Positions 10,314 through 19,249 of a stretch of 64,000 nt of DNA are shown piece after piece (the stretch's first letter is position 1; every line of letters begins with the position of its first letter). Under the pieces are notes generated by a model. That model was not told the origin of the DNA, searched no databases, and saw nothing but the letters and a program-made list of their open reading frames with translations. A program made the position numbers and the translations under genes. Origin of the DNA: Bdellovibrionota bacterium (GTDB taxonomy: Bacteria > Bdellovibrionota_C > UBA2361 > CAKMMH01); assembly GCA_050952645.1 (NCBI GenBank), contig JBMNLI010000014.1:1-64000 (forward strand). The letters are read 5' to 3'.

Positions 10314-10895
10314 TTATATATCATTAGCCGTTAAAAATAATGATTTGCTTAAATTATCAAAAAATTCTTGATAAATTTTCTCATCTAAAATTCTTTCATA
10401 TCTATATTGATCCTTATTATTCCATATAATTCTAGCAAACTGCACTCTAACATTATAGCCTTTATTAATTTTCGATTTGCTAACTGCTAGCACTACGTAA
10501 ATTTTCTGCACTACATCATAAGTGCGTTCTTGGTGTTGATAGCTTTGCCCCCCAGATAAAGCTACCGCAACTTCAAGCATGGACATAACGATATCGAGAG
10601 TTTGGTTTGCTTTTAAATTATCTGCCTCTCTATCTTTTATCGCATTGAAAAATCCTAAACTGCTTTCATTCTCTACTACCGTAAAACCTAAGTCTTGTAA
10701 TACTCCTAAAGCGGCTTGCAAAATTTCCATCTCATCTTTCGCTTCAAACCTTTTAGTTTCAAATTGGCGTCTAGCTAAATAATTCACATCAAGTTTATAA
10801 TAATTTTCATAATTAACACAACTTGAAAGAATGCTAGCGGTAATAAAAGTGCATAAGATAAATATAATTTTATTAAATTTTAATTTAGTAAGCAT
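10314..10895 (-). CDS. Lipoprotein, paralog of the IS-disrupted downstream gene
   Basis: Lipobox LSSC; shares QDLGF and YQ.FF..L..SLFL.AN.I with 7943-8335. Confidence 0.8.
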   Translation of the reverse strand: MLTKLKFNKIIFILCTFITASILSSCVNYENYYKLDVNYLARRQFETKRFEAKDEMEILQAALGVLQDLGFTVVENESSLGFFNAIKDREADNLKANQTLDIVMSMLEVAVALSGGQSYQHQERTYDVVQKIYVVLAVSKSKINKGYNVRVQFARIIWNNKDQYRYERILDEKIYQEFFDNLSKSLFLTANDI

Positions 10896-10914
10896 TTAAA
10901 ATAAAATCTAAGCA

Positions 10915-11325
10915 CTAAAATGCAGAAGTTCTATAAGCAAAATCACGCACTTTGCTTTGGTTATCAAATTTTACGATAATGGTAAGCGTTCTTTGTGTCG
11001 ATGAAGATAGGCTATTTCGATTAGAATAATCGTAAAATAATACCCACACACCGTGGCGACTCGAAGAAGCTTGAACCGTCGTTGAAACTCTATCGTATAC
11101 CCACGTTTCTCTTCGCTTATCATCGGTAGTTATCATATTCGGGCTTCCTAAAACATCTAAAACCTCCGATGCACTCATGCCTATTTTTATCTCTCTTTGT
11201 GCTTTTGCAACAGTTAGTCTTTCTTCATTAAGGTTGTAATTTCTAGATGAACACGCTTGAACTAGCGTAAAAACAATTAAAAGAGAAACGATAGGAAAAA
11301 CTTTTTTTGTTATTTTTATTACCAT
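10915..11325 (-). CDS. BamE/SmpA-OmlA-like lipoprotein
   Basis: Lipobox VQAC; IKIGMSASEVLDVLGSP...ETWVY...LTIIVKFD...V pattern. Confidence 0.75.
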   Translation of the reverse strand: MVIKITKKVFPIVSLLIVFTLVQACSSRNYNLNEERLTVAKAQREIKIGMSASEVLDVLGSPNMITTDDKRRETWVYDRVSTTVQASSSRHGVWVLFYDYSNRNSLSSSTQRTLTIIVKFDNQSKVRDFAYRTSAF

Positions 11326-11475
11326 ATTAAATATCCTTCTATAATGTTTTTTAATTTTATTTTTTTTAACTTTTCAAAAATTTTTTTTTATATTTTAAGT
11401 TCTTTATGTTTTCGATTTATGTTTTCGATTTATAAAAAAGAGAAACGCCATAAAGCTAAAAATACATAAAAACGC

Positions 11476-12222
11476 TTATCTTCTATAATGCCATAAAGCA
11501 TCGAATAAATAAATTCTAAAAATAGAAAAGAACAGCGCTAAAATGTATGAAATTAAAATAGTTGCATAAAAATTATTAAACGGTAAAAGCATAAGTAGCA
11601 TCTCACTTCCTTTGTAAAACGTATTGCTAGGGAGCAATACATCGTTAAAGCTAATCATAAGCAAAACGGCCTTAGGGTTTAATATAATTAAAGGAAGAAA
11701 GAAAATGATGTAAGGCAAAAACCATTCAACGTAATAAGATTTTACGAAATTAAAACTTTCAGCTAGAGTTTCAGTGCCATAGTAATTTTTTAAAATTATA
11801 CATTCAGGCGCTACGTTAAATAAAATTATTATAATAAAATTTACGATAATTATTAAACTTTTATTAGTTATAAATAAAGTTTGAGCTAATAGGTTTACAA
11901 CAAATAATATAAAAGCGACATTTAAAATAGGGGAGAAAAAAGCAAAGTTCATATCTTTAATATCCTCAAGCCTTAGGCGTGAGGAAGATATCGTTATAGA
12001 AAGCCATTTATAAAATATGCTTAAAGCAAAAATAGCAAACATTCCTGCTAAAAATCCGCCTACGGTAAAACTTGCGCCACTAGGCCCTAATTTAAGCAGT
12101 AATCCTAAAATAAGTTTCGATGCTATTAGTAAAATAGCAGAAAAAGGAATAATTATCCAAGAACGCACTAAGGCGTTATAAGTGTTTTTTAATGCTGTTA
12201 AATAGATTTTTAATAATTTCAT
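11476..12222 (-). CDS. Hypothetical multi-pass membrane protein
   Basis: 248-aa ORF with about 6 hydrophobic segments. Confidence 0.7.
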   Translation of the reverse strand: MKLLKIYLTALKNTYNALVRSWIIIPFSAILLIASKLILGLLLKLGPSGASFTVGGFLAGMFAIFALSIFYKWLSITISSSRLRLEDIKDMNFAFFSPILNVAFILFVVNLLAQTLFITNKSLIIIVNFIIIILFNVAPECIILKNYYGTETLAESFNFVKSYYVEWFLPYIIFFLPLIILNPKAVLLMISFNDVLLPSNTFYKGSEMLLMLLPFNNFYATILISYILALFFSIFRIYLFDALWHYRR

Positions 12223-12320
12223 AATATTATTTTTTTAAAATCTCCTTTTATTTTGTTACTATTTATTCTTTTTACTATTTATTTTTTACTAGTAGTGTTA
12301 ATAGCTTTTTTTAAAAAGTC

Positions 12321-14045
12321 TTACTTTTTACTTTCTATTTTATTTTCATCTTTACTTTCGTTTTTACTTTTATCTTTATTTTCATTTTTATTTTTATTTT
12401 CTTCTTTCTTTTTAATGCTATCTTTTATTTTGCTACTAGCCTTGCTTCTAGTTTTGTTTTTTTTAGTGCTTTGCTTTTTACTTATTTTTTTATTTTTCTC
12501 AATATTTTTTTCTACCATCTTTGGCATATAAATCGCAGAATTTTTCTTTGTTGAAAGTTTAAAAACTTCTTTCGTTTCCACCGTTTCGTTTTTATTTATT
12601 TCGTTTTTGTTCATTTCGCTTTTATCTGTTTCTTTAATATTTTTTTTACTTTTATTTTTATCTTTACTTTTGTCTTTATTGATAAGTTTTATTTTCTTAT
12701 TTTTTTTGGCCCTTTTTTCTTTATTATCTTTTTCTTTTTTACTTTCTTCTTTTTTATCTATTATATTTTCTTTTTTACTTTCATCTGCATCTTCTTTTGC
12801 CTTAGCCTTTATAGGTTTTTTAAAGAAACTAGGCTTCTTATTTAATAATTTACTTTCTCTTATTTTCTTATCTTGCGCCTCAGTTTTTAGTTTTAATGCC
12901 TCGTTTATAATATCTTCTAATTCTTTGCTGTTATTTGTAAATAAAACTAAGTATTTTAATTCTACAAGAGGAGCACGCCTAGCAAGCGAGCGGACATTTA
13001 TGCTATCAGGCTCTTTAGATATAAATTTTTTCCATAATTTAATAGTTGAGATTATAACTTCTTTTTCTTTCTTAGGAACGAAAAGTTTAGTAAATAAAGT
13101 TTTGACAAACGCATCAATCTCATCTTCATTTTCAAATAACTCATTATAGTTTTTATTTTTTTCTAGCGACTTTTTAACGCTTATACTAAAAACTGAAAAG
13201 ATTGCAGTTATCGGAATCGCTTGCCCTTTTTGCACCCAATTGTCTATACAAATAAGTGCTAGTGAGGTTTCATTTTTATTATGACTAAGACAAGTGCTAG
13301 TGCTTCCTAGTTCAGGTAAAATAAGGTCTAATACTTTTAATTTTTCTGCTAATTTTAATATTTGGTAAGAGTACCCTGAAGAAAAATCTTTTTTTAACTC
13401 ATCGTGAATTCGCATTGCGGGAATTTCACTTAAAAGATGTCTGTTTTCAATTATAGCTTTTCTACTTTCAGGCTCTATTCTAAATCCACATTTTGCGGCA
13501 TGTCTTATCGCTCTCCAAAGTCTTACGGGGTCTTCTATAATTTTTATAGTAGGGTTCCCGATTATTCTTATAATTTTTCTTTGTAAGTCTTTAAACCCTC
13601 CTACATAGTCGATAATAGAAAAAGTGCTTAAATCATAATAAAGTGCATTTATCGTAATATCTCTTCTTACGGCATCCGTAACCTCAGTGCCATAAATATT
13701 ATCCTTTGCTAGCGTTTGAACGTTTTCTATATCAACCTCGTGCACATCTCTAAAAGTAGATAGCTCGATAATTTTATTATCCTTGAAAAAAACGTGAGCG
13801 ATTTTAAAGCGTTTGCCTATAATTCTACAGTTTCTAAAAATTGATTTTATTTGTTTCGGTGTGGCGTCCGTTGCTATATCAAAATCTTTAGGTTTCCTGT
13901 TAAGGAGTAAATCTCTTACGCCACCTCCTACTAAATAACCTTTGTATCCACTATTGATTAGTCTATACATCGTCTTTAAGGCGTCTTTATCAATATTTTT
14001 TCTAGATACTATATGCTCGCTTCTTTTATATACCTTTGGTTTCAT
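12321..14045 (-). CDS. pcnB: Poly(A) polymerase I with long Lys-rich C-terminal tail
   Basis: LVGGGVRDLL, KDFDIAT, PAP-specific IIGKRFKIAHV, RRDITINALYY and EDPVR motifs. Confidence 0.9.
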   Translation of the reverse strand: MKPKVYKRSEHIVSRKNIDKDALKTMYRLINSGYKGYLVGGGVRDLLLNRKPKDFDIATDATPKQIKSIFRNCRIIGKRFKIAHVFFKDNKIIELSTFRDVHEVDIENVQTLAKDNIYGTEVTDAVRRDITINALYYDLSTFSIIDYVGGFKDLQRKIIRIIGNPTIKIIEDPVRLWRAIRHAAKCGFRIEPESRKAIIENRHLLSEIPAMRIHDELKKDFSSGYSYQILKLAEKLKVLDLILPELGSTSTCLSHNKNETSLALICIDNWVQKGQAIPITAIFSVFSISVKKSLEKNKNYNELFENEDEIDAFVKTLFTKLFVPKKEKEVIISTIKLWKKFISKEPDSINVRSLARRAPLVELKYLVLFTNNSKELEDIINEALKLKTEAQDKKIRESKLLNKKPSFFKKPIKAKAKEDADESKKENIIDKKEESKKEKDNKEKRAKKNKKIKLINKDKSKDKNKSKKNIKETDKSEMNKNEINKNETVETKEVFKLSTKKNSAIYMPKMVEKNIEKNKKISKKQSTKKNKTRSKASSKIKDSIKKKEENKNKNENKDKSKNESKDENKIESKK

Positions 14046-14316
14046 AAATAATTTTTCTAAATACTGCTAGGATTCATTTTTTTAAAGAAAATAAAACCAT
14101 ATAAATTTTAAATAAACACACTATATAATATAAACTAATTCATATCATAAGATAAAGATGAAGAATTATAAAAACTAAAAAAATAAAATATCTAATAATT
14201 TCAATATGTTATTTTGCAGTTTTTTATTAAAGGAATTATTAAAAATGGTCGATTTCATTATTAAGTGTTAGGTGTGTGTGTTATATCAGTTTATTTATAG
14301 GAGGAAAGATATCAAA

Positions 14317-14559
14317 ATGGCACGAGTAGTTTATCCTTTTGAGTTATCAGATCCCGATTTTACATGGCTAATAAACAATTATTTAGAAGAAAATCCAAAT
14401 ATTTTTACCGTGCAGACGGAGGGTTGCCCGATAATTTTACTCTCGAATTGTGAGATTTTTGACCAAAATAATTTTTTAAATGAAAATTTAGATAACCTAG
14501 AATCTTTAGATGATATTGAAAAAGAACTTATCGCTTTATTAAGAAAGCCTAATACTTAA
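14317..14559 (+). CDS. Small acidic hypothetical protein
   Basis: RBS AGGAGG upstream of ATG 14317 (MARVVYPFELSDPDFTWL...). Confidence 0.65.
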   Translation: MARVVYPFELSDPDFTWLINNYLEENPNIFTVQTEGCPIILLSNCEIFDQNNFLNENLDNLESLDDIEKELIALLRKPNT

Positions 14560-14645
14560 AAAATAAATACGTAAAAAAACTAATACTTAAAAATTAAGAT
14601 TTTAAAAAGCTAAAAAAAATATTAAGTTAAAATTAAAAAATCACC

Positions 14646-15242
14646 TTAAAACACTTTTACTAAAAGAAGTTGCAAAAGTCCTATTAAAAATCCTAAAACG
14701 CCACCTACAAGTTCGATAAACTTAAATTCTTTTCTCATAATTTCGTTAAGTAGTAGTTCTAACTTATCTGTAGAAAAATCGTTTACCTTTTTTTCAACGA
14801 TGCTCGATACATCTAAAACATCTTCAAGCTTATTTCCAATTTCAATCACGAGTTCTTGGAGCATTTTATCTATATCGGCTACTAAAGCATTTTTTATTTT
14901 ACCTACAAGCTCGGGACTTAAAAACATCGCTACCATAGGAATTACTTTAGGGATTTTCTCATAGATGGCAGTCTCTAATTTATTTCCTATAAGCTCTTTT
15001 ATAGTAGGAGATAGAGCAACCTCATTTAAAGTTTTTTGAACATCTCTTGCAGAAAACAATTCGCTAGAAACTATCTTACCTAATTTTTTTGCTAAGTCTT
15101 TTTGCCTTTTAGGAAAAACGCCTTGAACTTTTAAAAATAAAAAACGCACTTCTTTTTTAGGATGGAAAAGCATTTTTATAGCTATGTAGTTAGTAAACCA
15201 TCCTATAAGTGCTGCGATAAATGGTAAAAAATAAGATCCCAT
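14646..15242 (-). CDS. DUF445-family membrane protein
   Basis: IGWFTNYIAIKMLFHP at the N-terminus and EFKFIELVGGVLGFLIGLLQ at the C-terminus. Confidence 0.85.
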   Translation of the reverse strand: MGSYFLPFIAALIGWFTNYIAIKMLFHPKKEVRFLFLKVQGVFPKRQKDLAKKLGKIVSSELFSARDVQKTLNEVALSPTIKELIGNKLETAIYEKIPKVIPMVAMFLSPELVGKIKNALVADIDKMLQELVIEIGNKLEDVLDVSSIVEKKVNDFSTDKLELLLNEIMRKEFKFIELVGGVLGFLIGLLQLLLVKVF

Positions 15243-15281
15243 ATTTTAAATTTATCCTTAATAATTCGTTAAATACCACTT

Positions 15282-15947
15282 TTAGAGAGTTTTTCTAGCC
15301 CAAGCCGTTGCTAGAGAGTCTGCGTATTCGTTCCATAAAAAGCCACTATGTGATTCTATCCAAGTTAATTTTGCATTAGGCTTTTCTTTTATCGCTTCAT
15401 AAACTTTTTTAACGAGGTCTAGGTTTTTTATTTCTCCCGTTTTCTTTTTCCAGCCATTTTTTTCCCAGCTAAATATCCATTTGTTAAACGTATTTACGCA
15501 AAGCTCGCTATCTGTGTATACTAATATCTCTTCATTTTTAGGAGCCATCTTAAAAGCGTTTAGTAGTGCCGTTAGTTCCATTCTATTATTAGTAGTCTCT
15601 TTTTCATTTCCATATTTTTGTTCGATAATTTTACCATCTTTGACAAACACTACGCCCCAGCCTCCACTCCCAGGGTTTGGTCTAGCACTTCCATCGGTAA
15701 AAATGCCAGTCTTAGGTCCATTTTTAAATTTTTTAAGCACTTCTTCTAATGTTAAATCCTCTTCCTTAAAAAAATCGCCTTTCGTATCGTAGGCATTACT
15801 TTTAGCCACGTTTTGCGTGTTTTCGTTATTCTTTTTTTTAGGATTACAATTTTTACAATACTTAGGAGTCCAGTTAGGGTATTTAGCTAGAACCTCGCTA
15901 GGTATTGAAAACGAACTATTACATTTTATACAATTAAAATTTGCCAT
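15282..15947 (-). CDS. rnhA: Ribonuclease HI with N-terminal zinc ribbon
   Basis: FTDGSARPNPG, TTNNRMEL, YTDS, KNLDL, HSG...NEYAD; N-terminal CxxC-x21-CxxC. Confidence 0.92.
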   Translation of the reverse strand: MANFNCIKCNSSFSIPSEVLAKYPNWTPKYCKNCNPKKKNNENTQNVAKSNAYDTKGDFFKEEDLTLEEVLKKFKNGPKTGIFTDGSARPNPGSGGWGVVFVKDGKIIEQKYGNEKETTNNRMELTALLNAFKMAPKNEEILVYTDSELCVNTFNKWIFSWEKNGWKKKTGEIKNLDLVKKVYEAIKEKPNAKLTWIESHSGFLWNEYADSLATAWARKTL

Positions 15948-16097
15948 AAGTGATAGAATAAGTTTTTTTTTATTAAAAGTCTATGAAGATATTTAAAGTT
16001 ATTAAAGAAAAAAATATTCTTAAAGAGCCTTTAGGTATTTAAATGAAAGTTTTAAAGAGAAAATTTAAATTTAAAATTTAATATGAAAACTTAAAAC

Positions 16098-16820
16098 TTA
16101 AAACGAAACTACGCTCGTTATTTGATATAATTTTTCTTCGTTATTTTTACTTGGAATTTTTATTTTAAACTCGATTAAATCTGGAAGCTTATCTCGCGCA
16201 TACCAACTATCTTGCCACGTATCCTCCTCTTTATCGTAATATTTTATTTTAAATTCGGAGATGTTTTTAATAACTGGGAATGTCATTCTGTAATCGTTTT
16301 GTAGCTCTTTATTCATAACCGGTATTTCATCACGAATGAGCCAGTAGTTTTCCGTAGTGCTATTGTCGTTTTTTCCTTTCTGTTCTTTCTCTCCTTTTTC
16401 AACTCGATATTTTATATATACTAAGTCTGAGACACGCTTTGATTTAGAAATATATTTTCCACGTAAATATTGTTTTGCTTTTCTCGACATAAAGGAAATC
16501 GTATCGTGGCGAAACTCTTTTTTCTTACTAGTTTCACCGCATAGAAAAATTTTAAACCCTTCGGTAATAGTATTAGAGTTGCATTCAAGGTCTAGGGGCA
16601 AAGATTCTTTTTGTACTAAAGAAAATTCTCTATTTAATCTATTAGTAATGTTGTTTAATATTAAATCCGTTTCTCTTATCTCATCTAGCGTTTTTTTGCC
16701 TCTTATCATTTGAATAACTACACTTTGAGCTATGGTAAACATTATAGCTAAAATACTTATAGCTAGTATCATCTCTACAAAAGTAAATCCAGATTGTGTT
16801 TTAAAATTTTTATTATTCAT
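16098..16820 (-). CDS. gspJ: T2SS minor pseudopilin J-like
   Basis: Prepilin motif GFTFVEM; C-terminal YYD...WQDSW...LPD.I; last gene of the pseudopilin operon. Confidence 0.75.
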   Translation of the reverse strand: MNNKNFKTQSGFTFVEMILAISILAIMFTIAQSVVIQMIRGKKTLDEIRETDLILNNITNRLNREFSLVQKESLPLDLECNSNTITEGFKIFLCGETSKKKEFRHDTISFMSRKAKQYLRGKYISKSKRVSDLVYIKYRVEKGEKEQKGKNDNSTTENYWLIRDEIPVMNKELQNDYRMTFPVIKNISEFKIKYYDKEEDTWQDSWYARDKLPDLIEFKIKIPSKNNEEKLYQITSVVSF

Positions 16821-16933
16821 AAATATTTTTTTTATTTTCTTCCTTTTTTATTTTTTCATTTTCTTATTCTTTTTTTCTTTTTTTTCATATTTTTCTTATT
16901 CTTTTTTTTCTTTTTTCTTTGTTCTTTGTATTT

Positions 16934-17395
16934 TTATATATTTTCAGTGTATCTTATAATATTTAGCTCTTCTCTATTAGTTTCTCCCCAAGAAATTTTT
17001 AGTTCTATAAGTTTTATAATATTTTCTTGCTCTATGCCGATTAGTTTTGGAGAGGTGGCTTTTAATTTAATTTTAAATTTATCTAGAATATCCTTGTCTT
17101 CTTCATCAAACGGGATATCATTTTGACTAAAAAAAACTATAAGCTCCTCATCTTTTTCTTCATCGACGTTTATAGAGACTTTTTCTAGCTCTATGGCAGC
17201 CATAACTTTTCTAGCAAGTCCGAGAGCTACTTTTCTGTTTTGATCGTTAATAGTGCGTGCAATATTCGATTGCTCTAGCCCAAGCATAACGACTAGTGCA
17301 GTAGCTAACATAAAAACTGCTATAGCGATTTCAACTAGAGTAAATCCTTTTTCACATCTCGTTTTTTTTATTTTATTATTTTTATTTATTATCAT
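16934..17395 (-). CDS. gspI: T2SS minor pseudopilin I-like
   Basis: Prepilin motif GFTLVEI; size and position after the H-like gene. Confidence 0.7.
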   Translation of the reverse strand: MIINKNNKIKKTRCEKGFTLVEIAIAVFMLATALVVMLGLEQSNIARTINDQNRKVALGLARKVMAAIELEKVSINVDEEKDEELIVFFSQNDIPFDEEDKDILDKFKIKLKATSPKLIGIEQENIIKLIELKISWGETNREELNIIRYTENI

Positions 17396-18212
17396 TAAAA
17401 GTCCACTCGAAATCTTTATACTCGTTATACAGCTCAGTAAATCCTGTAAAAGGATTGATTAGCAATGTATATTCACCTCCTCTATCATTATAAAGATGTA
17501 TCACGCTAAAATCCGTAAATCCTTTAGGGCTAAAAACTATTTGTGCCGATTCTAAATCTTGAGGTGTATATTTAGTATCGAATATCATGATATCTTTTAT
17601 CTTTAAAAAACTAGGAGCATCTTTTAGCTCTGATAGCGATGGAAAATTAGGGGCAGGTAAGAAAGAACGTCCCTCTGTAATTCCTTCTTCTCTTTCTCCT
17701 ACCCTTTCTTTTTCTCTTTCTTTTTTTTCTCTTTTCTTTCTAGTGCCGTAAAAGCCTTTTGCTTTGTAATCGCCTTTAGGGGTATATTTGCTTTTTTTAG
17801 TCGTATCTCGTTTAATTTCTCTAGGATAAGCGATTTGTTTATAATAAAAATCTCTTAAATCGTTAGTAGTGTTAGTATTAGCTAAAGTATCGTTTAAGTT
17901 TTCATCTGAAACCGTTGTATCTGAAGTGGAATTTAAGGCACTATTAAAAACGCCTACATTATAGCTAAAATTTCCTTCATCGGTTATATTAAAATTTAGC
18001 ACGTATTCACTCTGGTCTGCGATTGCTTGATTATATAAAAAACTTATAGTCTCTCTTATTTGTCTAATGCAACCCTCTTCTTTAAATCTATTTGCAGTCC
18101 CGGTTCTATTACCTACTAAAGCAAAAAGACTTGCCATAAGCAAGAGCACTATGGCAAGTTCTATAAGTGTAAAAGCTTTCTGTTTTTTATTATTAAAATT
18201 AAAAACACTCAT
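17382..18212 (-). CDS. gspH: T2SS minor pseudopilin H-like with charged internal insert
   Basis: AFTLIEL prepilin motif; IVFSPKG...INPFTG C-terminal pattern. Confidence 0.7.
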   Translation of the reverse strand: MSVFNFNNKKQKAFTLIELAIVLLLMASLFALVGNRTGTANRFKEEGCIRQIRETISFLYNQAIADQSEYVLNFNITDEGNFSYNVGVFNSALNSTSDTTVSDENLNDTLANTNTTNDLRDFYYKQIAYPREIKRDTTKKSKYTPKGDYKAKGFYGTRKKREKKEREKERVGEREEGITEGRSFLPAPNFPSLSELKDAPSFLKIKDIMIFDTKYTPQDLESAQIVFSPKGFTDFSVIHLYNDRGGEYTLLINPFTGFTELYNEYKDFEWTFNDNK

Positions 18213-18273
18213 TTTTTTTTATTTTGTCTTTTTTATTTTATCTTTTAGCCTTTTACGTATATTTTTTAATTTT

Positions 18274-18681
18274 TTAAGGCCCCGTGATTTCTTGGTCGCT
18301 ATCTACTCCCGAGCCACCCGGCTTTTTATCTGCGCCTAATGTTTTTATGGTATAGGAGTTTCCAGACGATTGGTATACGAATGGATTATCCCACGCATCT
18401 AAGACATCTTCTTTATCGGCCATCGGTATGCAGTTGCTCGCCTTACTTGGGCAACCCGTTAAATCGTTTAGTGAGCTAGGGAGGCTATTATATTCTAGTT
18501 GATATTCTGCTATGGTTGATTTTAATTTAGACATTTTTAAGTTGTTTAATTTAGCTTTAGCTTTTTCACCTTGAGAGAAAAGCCCTCCAGTTAAAAAAGA
18601 GAATAATATTGAAAGGATAACTAGAACGATAATAATTTCGATAAGAGTTAATCCTTTTTGATTATGTAGATTATTTTTCAT
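18274..18681 (-). CDS. gspG: T2SS major pseudopilin G
   Basis: GLTLIEI prepilin motif; DAWDNPFVY and LGADKKPGGSGVDSD. Confidence 0.88.
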   Translation of the reverse strand: MKNNLHNQKGLTLIEIIIVLVILSILFSFLTGGLFSQGEKAKAKLNNLKMSKLKSTIAEYQLEYNSLPSSLNDLTGCPSKASNCIPMADKEDVLDAWDNPFVYQSSGNSYTIKTLGADKKPGGSGVDSDQEITGP

Positions 18682-19085
18682 GATTTTAATTCCTATATAA
18701 AAACGAAAATAAATAATATAAACAAAAAATATTTTTTTAAAGATTATATATGCTAATTAAAAAATATAACAGAGAGAGAAAGGTTTTTATTAGGAAAAAT
18801 TTTAATTGAATTTCGTTTTTTACTCGTCTTTTTAGATTTTGCTAAAAATTGTGAATACTGAAGGCGTAAGCTATATAAAAAAACTTATAAAATATGTAAG
18901 TAAGATAAGGTTAATATTAAATTTCTAGGTATGTCTTAGAGCAACGTCCGTTTTTATTTTAGTCCCTATAAAAGCTAAATTTTAATCTTGTAAGTTTTAG
19001 GTTGGTGATTATATAATATTTTTACTTAAGTTTTTTTATCACGATATATTTTTTATGTATGTAGTGTGTTTTTTTAGAAAAAGCA

Positions 19086-19249
19086 AATTGGCTTTTATAG
19101 AAAACTATCTATAGTTTAAAGAAAAATTACAACTATATTTAAAGTAATTTATTTTATGCAAATTTCTTTAAAGTCAATTTTCTTTTGGGCTTCGTGGGGC
19201 GAGTGATACTAATTTTAAGGTCTTTAACCCACTTAAAACGTGAAGAGCC
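19086..19249. mobile_element. ISL3-like MITE copy (left end unclear)
   Basis: 19086-19223 is a near-identical reverse complement of 7742-7881; ends CTTAAAACGTGAAGAGCC. Confidence 0.85.

Noticed and set aside
12253..13149. Phe/Leu-rich plus-strand ORFs that look like membrane proteins (similar cases at 16794, 51335, 59641)
   Set aside because: They are reverse complements of K/E/N/D-rich low-complexity sequence.
18682..19085. Replication origin at the switch in gene orientation
   Set aside because: No DnaA-box cluster seen and no dnaA/dnaN/gidA nearby; GC skew was not computed.
7742..19223. 11-kb segment already inverted between the two oppositely oriented MITE copies
   Set aside because: The 7676-7916 copy keeps matching 8-bp flanks, arguing against past exchange; no invertase is nearby.
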